This document shows, in pieces, positions 57,272-64,000 of a DNA stretch of 64,000 nucleotides (positions are counted from its first letter, which is position 1; each line of letters begins with the position of its first letter). The stretch is from an uncultured virus (IMG/VR IMGVR_UViG_3300048861_000257). Taxonomy: Duplodnaviria; Heunggongvirae; Uroviricota; Caudoviricetes; Herelleviridae. Below the pieces are notes generated by a model. That model ran no database searches and was not told the origin of the DNA. It saw only the letters and a program-made list of their open reading frames with translations. Location of the stretch: IMG/VR virus record IMGVR_UViG_3300048861_000257; one strand, given 5' to 3'. Made by a program: the position numbers and the translations under genes.

Positions 57272-57793
57272 CTAGTGGCGTCGGTTGAGGAGAACGAAGA
57301 CCACGACGAGAAGGATTGCGGCTGGTACGACCGTGACGGGCCACCAGTCGATGAGCATCTGCGGAAGGATGCCAGTACCTGCTCCTTCTCGAAACAGCTC
57401 TCCCACCAGCACCGACTTGGCCCCCGCCATACGATTTGACTGGACGTTCATGTACACGGAGAAGGCGAACCACTCGAGGAAGACGACGGCTGCAGTACCG
57501 AGAAGGACCATCAGGCCGTAGCCGAGCCATTGCCGGGCCAGCCGGTAGCCGACGACTGCTCCGGAGGCGACGAGGATCCCGATGATCATGAAGTTGATGT
57601 TGGCGAAGTAGTTCCCGACACCGCGGATGTTCGAGTCCCACGATGTCGTCGATGCGATCCAGTGCGTGACTGCGAAAGTAACCGCGAGGACGAATACGGC
57701 GCCGAAGACCACGAGACGGTTTCGCGCGGCGATGTGCTCCCGGGGTCGCTTCGCCGCCGAGGTCAAATCGACCGTCGGTATCGCGTTGTCCAT
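57272..57793 (-). CDS. Four-TM membrane protein
   Basis: Four hydrophobic helices; RBS GAGGA before ATG 57793. Confidence 0.65.
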   Translation of the reverse strand: MDNAIPTVDLTSAAKRPREHIAARNRLVVFGAVFVLAVTFAVTHWIASTTSWDSNIRGVGNYFANINFMIIGILVASGAVVGYRLARQWLGYGLMVLLGTAAVVFLEWFAFSVYMNVQSNRMAGAKSVLVGELFREGAGTGILPQMLIDWWPVTVVPAAILLVVVFVLLNRRH

Positions 57794-57891
57794 GCTGCTG
57801 TCCTCACGTTGCGGATCCCCGCTCACCATTCCTCCTCAACATAGGGCAGCGGTACGACATGGCCGTTTGGCCATGTCGTACCGCTGCAGGG

Positions 57892-58497
57892 TCACGCGGC
57901 CGCGGCGCGGAGAGCTTCGAGCCCGCCGCGAGCGTCCTCGAAACGGGCCTTCATGGTCGCCAGCTCCGCCTCGGTGTAGTGGTTCCGGACGTCGATGGCG
58001 CCGAGCTCACGCGAGAGCCCACGCTCTGCGAACTCGATGACGGCGGCGAGCTGCGCCGGTGTCGGCGTGGGCGTGCCGAGGTCGGGGTAGAGCAGCTCCG
58101 GCTCCTGACGTTCGACCGTGCCGTCGACGAGACGAACGAGGCGATACTCGCCGCCATCCACCTCGTCGTCGCGGACCGTCACCATGCCGCCCGGAGCGGC
58201 GAAGTCGAGCAGACCGGTGAGGTCGTCTGAGGTGCCGTAGGCGATGTCCTCGACTCCGCGCGACCAGCTAAAGGTGAGCTCGCCGTTGGGGGTGACGGTG
58301 GTCTTGGGGTCCGTGTCGGCATGGCCGGCGTTGTCGGTGATCGCCTCGAGGATCTGCACCACCGTGTCGGCGGGACTGATCTCCAGTTGATCCTCGTGGT
58401 CGTCGAGGTACTCGTCGCCGTGCTTCTCGATGATCGCGGGCAGCGATGCGGCCGGGAAGACGACGTTCTCGAAGTTGAAGCCTCGATAGGCGCTCAT
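57892..58497 (-). CDS. Acidic hypothetical protein
   Basis: RBS AAGGAG; 201 aa. Confidence 0.65.
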   Translation of the reverse strand: MSAYRGFNFENVVFPAASLPAIIEKHGDEYLDDHEDQLEISPADTVVQILEAITDNAGHADTDPKTTVTPNGELTFSWSRGVEDIAYGTSDDLTGLLDFAAPGGMVTVRDDEVDGGEYRLVRLVDGTVERQEPELLYPDLGTPTPTPAQLAAVIEFAERGLSRELGAIDVRNHYTEAELATMKARFEDARGGLEALRAAAA

Positions 58498-58500
58498 GGT

Positions 58501-59676
58501 CTACTCCTTGGTCTGGGTGGCGAGGCGCTCGGCCTCGATGGCGTCGATCGCTTCGATTGCCTCCGGTGAACCGTTGGCGTGGACGAAGCGGAGAAGGTCT
58601 GCCAGTGCGCGGTGAAGGCCGGTACGGGCAGTAGGGTGCGCGAGGATGCGCTCGTAGAGGTCGAGTGCCTCGTCGGCGCCGCTCTCGTTGGATGAGGCGT
58701 TGTCGAGCAAGTCGATGTCGAACACCGGCAGCGCAGGGTTGTTCTGCACCAAGCCACCCTCGACGAGGATGTAGCTGTCGCCCGGGTTGCGGCGCGCGAC
58801 CGCCTCGGGCGTCTTCTCGTACTCGCGCCAGAGCTGCACGGTCAGGTCGATGGCGTAGCAGGCGAAGAGGAAATGCACCGTGTAGTCGCGCACCGAGATT
58901 TCCCACCAGTCCGAGCCGAAAAGCTCCTCGTGGTTGGACAGGAACTCGCGCGCTTCGTGCTCGGTGTCGGAGTAGATCCGCGCATCTTCCAGCACCTCGG
59001 CGCGGCGTTCCGCGGGCGAGCGCTCGGGGATGACCTGGCCGAACAGCTCGTCTGCCTCGTCGTCGCCTTCGGGGAGAATCACCGACGGGAGGTCGACGCG
59101 GCCGAGCACGCTGAGGCTGTAGGTCTTGCGCGACTTGAGCATGTAGTCCCGCTCACGCAGCTTGGCGACGTACTCGTCGTAGTCGACGTTGTTGAACGCG
59201 CAGACACGCTTCGTGACAGCGACGAGCTTCTGGTGCTCTGCCTCCGCCTCGTCGCCGAGCTCGTCATTCTCAGCGAGCACGGACTCGACCTGGGACAGGA
59301 ACTTCCGCCCCGAGTACTCGCGGATGCCAGAGTCGCGCGCGGGCCCACGCAATTTCTCCGCCCAGTAGCGGAAGTCGATGCTGGGGGCGCCGTCCGAGTA
59401 GTACGCGCGGTGGTCGCGGCGGTCGAAGAAGCCGATCATGTCCTCCTCGCGCGTGAACATGAAGCCGTCGGCGATGTCGCCGTAGGTGGCCAGGTACCCG
59501 GGCCAGGTGATGACGTTCCACGACCAATAGCCGAAGCCCGGGTTGTCGACGCGCATCCGGCGGTTCATCCCGTCGTCGGTGATGACAGTCAGAACGTGGT
59601 CCTTGGTCTGCTCAAGGAAGTTCGCGTACGTGTCGGCGTACGGGTTCTCGGGCTTGTTGGTGGGGTCATAGACCAT
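58501..59676 (-). CDS. Phage-like hypothetical protein
   Basis: WNVITWPGYLATYGD...FTREEDMIGFF...IDFRYWAEKL; ATG 59676. Confidence 0.65.
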   Translation of the reverse strand: MVYDPTNKPENPYADTYANFLEQTKDHVLTVITDDGMNRRMRVDNPGFGYWSWNVITWPGYLATYGDIADGFMFTREEDMIGFFDRRDHRAYYSDGAPSIDFRYWAEKLRGPARDSGIREYSGRKFLSQVESVLAENDELGDEAEAEHQKLVAVTKRVCAFNNVDYDEYVAKLRERDYMLKSRKTYSLSVLGRVDLPSVILPEGDDEADELFGQVIPERSPAERRAEVLEDARIYSDTEHEAREFLSNHEELFGSDWWEISVRDYTVHFLFACYAIDLTVQLWREYEKTPEAVARRNPGDSYILVEGGLVQNNPALPVFDIDLLDNASSNESGADEALDLYERILAHPTARTGLHRALADLLRFVHANGSPEAIEAIDAIEAERLATQTKE

Positions 59677-59772
59677 GATGATTTTCGCTTTCTCGCGGAG
59701 ATGGGGTGCAGACGACAACGCCCCCGCGGCTCGTGAAGAGCGGACGGGGGCGAGACGGCATTAGGACGGGGG

Positions 59773-60147
59773 TTAGAGCGCGGCGGATGAGCCCCCGGCT
59801 TGCAGAGGGGAGCGCCAGAGGGTGTCGAGAATCGTTACGCCACCGTCGGCCGGCGAGCTGATGCTGACGGTGGTCTGGAGGACCCACCCGTCAGCCGCGG
59901 CCATCTGGAGCTCGCGATTGCGGTCGACGAGAAGGGACTGCAGGTCTTGGAACTGCCAGCCTGGCTCAGGTCGGTACGAGGGGTCCCAGACCTCAGCGTC
60001 GGCTGGAAGACGGGTGACGAGGCTTCGGACGATCGGCTGGTCAGGCGCAGGCACCCCGGTCGCCGTACCACGAGACCCCATACCCTCCGCCGTTGCCGCT
60101 GTGAGCGAGGCCGCGACGGAGGGCATGGTGGGAGCGTGCGTTGTCAA
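59773..60147 (-). CDS. Hypothetical protein
   Basis: TTG start overlaps the upstream stop (TTGA); start uncertain. Confidence 0.45.
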   Translation of the reverse strand: MTTHAPTMPSVAASLTAATAEGMGSRGTATGVPAPDQPIVRSLVTRLPADAEVWDPSYRPEPGWQFQDLQSLLVDRNRELQMAAADGWVLQTTVSISSPADGGVTILDTLWRSPLQAGGSSAAL

Positions 60148-61232
60148 AACCCGTCGAAGGCGAAGCTGGCCTGCCCGACGAGCGTGAGCGTGACGCTCAA
60201 GGGCGGCTCGTCGAAGTAGTCATCGTCATCGTCGCAGGGGGTGAGCTTGTCCACGGGGATGTGAATCACGCCGTCGTCGGAGTACCAGAGGTCCTTCGGG
60301 ATGAAGGAGAAGTAGAACGACTTGCTGGCGTTGCTCAACTCGATGGTGCGGCCGTCTCCACTGCGCTCGAAGAGATTCAGCGGCACTTCGTCCGACAAGA
60401 CCACTCCGTTGTCGAACTTCGCCTCGACGCGGTAGAGGCTGGGCTCGACCGGCTTGATGTTGAGGTCCTGGACGATTTCGGCGAACTGCGCGTTGGGGTC
60501 GTTGAGCTCGAACGCGATCGCCTCCAGGTGGTCGTAGTTCAGATTCACCCGCAGCGAGAAGTTCGCGACGTTCTCCACTTCCTCGGCCAGAGCGGCGGGG
60601 GCCTGTTCGGTGAGGTACTCGCGCACCTCGTCGGGGCCCGGGTACTCGAAACGCATGTGGTAGTGGAAGCGGCCCGGACGGTTGAGGATGTAGCTGCTGA
60701 CGTCGGCGAGATCGTTCACCGTGACGCAGTAGATGCGTCGAGCGGACGAGATGCCGTCGAACAGCGGAAGGAACTGGTTCTGCCGGTTGCGACCTTCGTA
60801 CTGATTCCGGCCGCTCGAGAAGACCTTCTCGAACTCGTCGAAGATGACGAGGCACTCATCCAGCGTGTCCAGGAAGTCAGCGATCCCCTCAGCATCCTCG
60901 GTGACGAGGACCACCGGGATTCCCTCGTCGATCGAGCGCTCTGCGAGCATCCGGGCGAACTGGGACTTTCCAATCCCCTTGTCGCCGGAGAGCAGCACTC
61001 CGAGCTTCCGCTGAGCACGTCGGTAGGCCTTGAAGACCTTCTCGACTTTGCGTTCGCGGTGGCCGTAGATTCGCTCGGTCCCGACAACCAGGTCCGGGAT
61101 CCGCAGCAGGCTGAAGCCCGCCTTCGGATCAAAGTGCACCTTATAGGTGCCGAGGGGGAGCGCATCGTGTGCGCGAACTGCTGAGTCAAAAACCCGGATC
61201 TGCGGGCCGGTCTCGATGTAGGTACTAGTCAC
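60144..61232 (-). CDS. Phage-type AAA+ ATPase
   Basis: Walker A GDKGIGKS, Walker B IFDEFEK, sensor/arginine finger TVN...NRPGRF. Confidence 0.85.
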   Translation of the reverse strand: MTSTYIETGPQIRVFDSAVRAHDALPLGTYKVHFDPKAGFSLLRIPDLVVGTERIYGHRERKVEKVFKAYRRAQRKLGVLLSGDKGIGKSQFARMLAERSIDEGIPVVLVTEDAEGIADFLDTLDECLVIFDEFEKVFSSGRNQYEGRNRQNQFLPLFDGISSARRIYCVTVNDLADVSSYILNRPGRFHYHMRFEYPGPDEVREYLTEQAPAALAEEVENVANFSLRVNLNYDHLEAIAFELNDPNAQFAEIVQDLNIKPVEPSLYRVEAKFDNGVVLSDEVPLNLFERSGDGRTIELSNASKSFYFSFIPKDLWYSDDGVIHIPVDKLTPCDDDDDYFDEPPLSVTLTLVGQASFAFDGF

Positions 61233-61378
61233 GTATCTTTCTTCCTGCTCTCACAGCAAGTTATCGACTCGCTGGGTGCCGTTGTAAGGGCCTTCCCCCG
61301 TACTGGGGGTGGGTGTGCGAGGTTCCCTGACGTGAACGCGGGTGGTATCGCGTTCTCACTCTTATCCGAGAGAATCTG

Positions 61379-62158
61379 TCACGCGGCCGCGGGGGCCTCC
61401 GGAGCCTCTGGGCACGGCCACGGACCGTCGCAAGTGCAGTAGTCATCCGCGCCCATTCCGCGCCGGACGTGGACCGTCTCCACGGTGTCGTCAGGGGTTG
61501 ATCCTTCGTTCGTGAGGCGGCTGTTCCACCCGCCCAGCACATGCGCCGGCGTGGGCCAGACGTCGAACTGTTCGAGGGTGAGCGTATTGCCATGCACGAT
61601 CAGCGCCGGGATAAAGGCGAGGGAGGTCTGCACGTAGGCCATGTGGACGGCAGTCGAGTCCAAATCCGTTGCGGTTACGTGCAGCTTGCGCTGGTAGTTG
61701 ATGCCTTCATCACGCAGCGTGTCGGCCATCGCGAGGATCATGCCGCCGCTGCCGCAGGCGGGCTCCTGGACGGTGATGAACTCCTTCCCCGCCGCAAGCT
61801 GCTTCGGCAGCTCGCCGACAGTCATCTTCGCCATCACGATGGAAACCTCGAAAGGGGTGAAGAACTGCCCAAGGACCTCGTTGCCGAGGTCGAGGCTCAT
61901 GTAGAGCTTCCCGAGTACGTCGGATAGCCCTTTCTCCAGCTCGAGCGTGAGTTCGGCGAGCACTTGCGGGAAGCGCTCGAACTCCTCCCGGGAATAGCCC
62001 TGGGCGATCTCGTGGTATCGGGCCTCGCGCGCGTCCCATCCGGTGGGGTCGACGGTGTTGCGGATCGTGATGGCCGACAACTCGCAGAAGTCTCGGAAGA
62101 CCTCGGAGACGCGGCGTCGGCCGGAGGCGGTGTTCGCCTGGAGGAGCTTTTTCATCAT
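61379..62158 (-). CDS. N6-adenine MTase-like (HsdM-type) protein lacking catalytic motif IV
   Basis: DVLGKLYM, GQFFTP, QEPACGSGGM (SAM-binding motif I), DLD, GNTL; no NPP[YF]. Confidence 0.75.
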   Translation of the reverse strand: MMKKLLQANTASGRRRVSEVFRDFCELSAITIRNTVDPTGWDAREARYHEIAQGYSREEFERFPQVLAELTLELEKGLSDVLGKLYMSLDLGNEVLGQFFTPFEVSIVMAKMTVGELPKQLAAGKEFITVQEPACGSGGMILAMADTLRDEGINYQRKLHVTATDLDSTAVHMAYVQTSLAFIPALIVHGNTLTLEQFDVWPTPAHVLGGWNSRLTNEGSTPDDTVETVHVRRGMGADDYCTCDGPWPCPEAPEAPAAA

Positions 62159-62751
62159 GCGGAATCCACCTGTCTGATCTCGGAGAAGTCGAAGGCCTCG
62201 AGCTTCATGTCCTGGCGGTTGCGCAGGACGGTTCGTTCGTCGAGGTGAAGGGCGCGGCCGATGCGTTTGTCGCTCCAGCGGCGGGAGTGGAGACGCCGGA
62301 TGGCTTCTTGGCGCTCGGCATGGGTGAGCTTGACCTTGTCGCCCCGCATCGCGAGGTGGACGGCGATCTCGTCGATGTATCCCTTGCCGTCGGCACGCTC
62401 CTTGGCCACACCTCGGATGTTCGGACGTGCCTTGGGGTCGTCGATGTCGTCCCAGGCGAGCGGACTGACCCAATTGTTGGCCTTGGCCTTGTTCCGCGAA
62501 CGTTCTCCCTCGGGGCCCTCGACTGGTTGTGTCCAGAGTTCGCTGTAGAGCTTGGCTACCGACCAATACGTCTGGATCGACACGCGATCATGCCGCGGGT
62601 GAATCAGGACCGAGATGGTCGGCGGTGTCACGCCGAGGCGTGTTGCGAGAGCGGTCTGGGAGTGACCGATGGCCACCAGAGCTCGAAGCCGGCGAACGGT
62701 GCCCGTGGCGTCGATGAGACCGGCTCTGGTTCTGGTGCTCGTCTTGCTCAC
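62155..62751 (-). CDS. Phage-like double-HTH DNA-binding protein
   Basis: RRLRALVAIGHSQTALATRLGV, SPLAWDDIDDP, and a second HTH WSDKRIGRALHLDERTVLR. Confidence 0.7.
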   Translation of the reverse strand: MSKTSTRTRAGLIDATGTVRRLRALVAIGHSQTALATRLGVTPPTISVLIHPRHDRVSIQTYWSVAKLYSELWTQPVEGPEGERSRNKAKANNWVSPLAWDDIDDPKARPNIRGVAKERADGKGYIDEIAVHLAMRGDKVKLTHAERQEAIRRLHSRRWSDKRIGRALHLDERTVLRNRQDMKLEAFDFSEIRQVDSA

Positions 62752-62835
62752 GTTCCCGTCCTTCCTGTGTCGGAAGCGACGACGCCCCCTCCGTAGGAAG
62801 GGGGCGTCGGGCTTGGGAGAGAACCCCCTGCGGGG

Positions 62836-63510
62836 TCATGACTGGGCAGACAGCCCCAGTGCGTGCTGAACGTCCGCGAGGGCCGCGTCGCGGGCGGGCT
62901 GCGCTTCGTAGAGGCTGCGGTAGGAGTCCAGTTCCGTAGCGACGAGCAGCAGTGCGCGGCTCAGCGCATCGACACGCTGGTCGGTGGTCTGTCCAGCGAG
63001 GGCGTCGATCTCCTTGGCGATGTCGACGCCGTTGAGCTTGACGTGCTCCTCCCACTTCCGGAACAGCCCGTGGGTGTTCGGATTGCGGCCGATGCTCATC
63101 GAGAGCGCCAGCGCGGCGTCTACATCCCGGATGCGGTCCTCGGGGACGACGCCCATCTTGCGACGGAGGCGGGATGCGTCGACGGAGTGGACCTGCTCGC
63201 ACAGTGCCATGGCGGTCCCGGTGCCTTCCGGTGCCGGGAGCTCCACATGGGTGGGGCCGCTGCGCTTGCGGGTGGCTGTGGAGAGGTAGACCACCTGGGC
63301 GAAGCCCGATCGCGCGTTGAGGACGTTGTTCGAGACGATCACGGCTGGCCGGTTGCTCCAGATCTCGTTTCCCACGGCGGGAGTGCTGGGATCGGCGAGG
63401 ACCATCCAGATGTCGCCGCGGCGGTATCTGAACTCGGGTCCGGCGCCGGCCGCCGCCGCGCCGCGCATACGGCCTGCGATGTTCGCCGGGGTCGGTGCTG
63501 TGTCCGTCAT
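62836..63510 (-). CDS. PemK/MazF-family endoribonuclease fold with a C-terminal helical extension
   Basis: RRGDIWMV...GNEI..RPAVIVSN...ALCEQVHSVD..RL...IRDVDAAL. Confidence 0.8.
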   Translation of the reverse strand: MTDTAPTPANIAGRMRGAAAAGAGPEFRYRRGDIWMVLADPSTPAVGNEIWSNRPAVIVSNNVLNARSGFAQVVYLSTATRKRSGPTHVELPAPEGTGTAMALCEQVHSVDASRLRRKMGVVPEDRIRDVDAALALSMSIGRNPNTHGLFRKWEEHVKLNGVDIAKEIDALAGQTTDQRVDALSRALLLVATELDSYRSLYEAQPARDAALADVQHALGLSAQS

Positions 63511-63971
63511 GGTGCAATCACCCCTGTGGTATCCACCGGGGTCTGGTAGCTGTAGCTCTCGCCTTCGTCGTGGCGGTTGGCCTCGAGGATGAAGACGCGG
63601 CCGCGGCTGGGCGTCAGCGCGAATTCGATGTGCTTCTTGCAGGTCTCCTCATCAGCCGTGTCGAAGAATGCGGCGGTGTAGCCCTCGGAGAGGTTCGCGG
63701 CACGCTGCCGGAGCTCCTGGAGGCGTGCCTCGCGGGTGGGGTAGTGCTCGATGGCGGTCTTGCCGTCGCCATAGTCAGTGAAGGTCGTGTAGAGCACGGC
63801 GGGACCGGCATCCCGCTGGTACTCGCCGAGGTGGACATCCACGCCGTAACCCGCGTAGAGAGCGACGACCTGCCGGAGCGCTTCATCGGCGTTCGCGCCG
63901 CCGAACGGGGCGAGGATCTCGTCCACCTCTTCCGCGGAGACCTCGTCGTGGTTGACGAGCAGTAACTGCAC
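63507..63971 (-). CDS. Hypothetical protein, frame open to the window edge (may be 5'-truncated)
   Basis: No in-frame stop up to 64000; ATGA coupling to the PemK-like gene. Confidence 0.55.
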   Translation of the reverse strand: MQLLLVNHDEVSAEEVDEILAPFGGANADEALRQVVALYAGYGVDVHLGEYQRDAGPAVLYTTFTDYGDGKTAIEHYPTREARLQELRQRAANLSEGYTAAFFDTADEETCKKHIEFALTPSRGRVFILEANRHDEGESYSYQTPVDTTGVIAP

Positions 63972-64000
63972 GACAGCATCACGACGGGCCGACGGGTTCT

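Larger units (their letters stand above)
1114..64000. mobile_element. Large actinobacterial conjugative element (plasmid or ICE; ends not visible) encoding its own RNA polymerase
   Basis: Rep, helicase, topoisomerase, T4SS-like genes, relaxase, coupling protein, HU and phage-like accessory genes occur together. No housekeeping genes and no integrase or att site are seen. Confidence 0.85.

Noticed and set aside
53607..62810. Intergenic hairpins in the - strand cluster (~53610-53650, ~59720-59752, ~62780-62810) as ssDNA promoters
   Set aside because: They are short GC stems followed by TCGTCG/TTGTCG tails, which fits ordinary actinobacterial terminators. No -35/-10 pairs or convincing shared loop motif were found.
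50266..64000. Prophage
   Set aside because: The genes are phage-like, but no integrase, terminase, capsid, tail or lysis module is visible in the window.

Overview
High-GC, actinobacterial-type DNA (it carries a perfect actinobacterial LexA box) that forms part of one large conjugative element, either a plasmid or an ICE. No integrase or att site, par locus, tRNA/rRNA or CRISPR array is visible. Layout: (i) 1.1-6.7 kb replication zone with an AEP-motif Rep protein, a small RHH-like regulator, a candidate antisense RNA, a GTACCTG repeat array and a P4/D5-type SF3 helicase. (ii) 6.8-50 kb, almost entirely + strand: surface adhesin, type IA topoisomerase, Gram-positive-type T4SS genes (VirB4-like with degenerate Walker motifs, VirB6-like, pilin-like, lysozyme-CHAP hydrolase), HUH relaxase, ClpA/B-type ATPase, VirD4-like coupling protein and HU. 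(iii) 50-64 kb, a - strand phage-like accessory cluster with a MazG-like protein, LexA-boxed umuDC, an AAA ATPase, a truncated N6-MTase and a PemK-fold protein. The standout feature is a ~1857-aa single-polypeptide two-barrel RNA polymerase (41296-46869) directly after virD4. It carries beta motifs (GDK..HGNKG), beta' motifs (DFDGD), a bridge helix and a trigger loop in one chain. A 12-bp palindrome, CTCRTWWAYGAG, occurs 14 times in intergenic regions of the replication/transfer core, and similar acidic C-terminal tails on the relaxase, the RNAP and neighbouring proteins hint that the RNAP may be co-transferred. All protein calls come from reading motifs by eye; no database searches were run.
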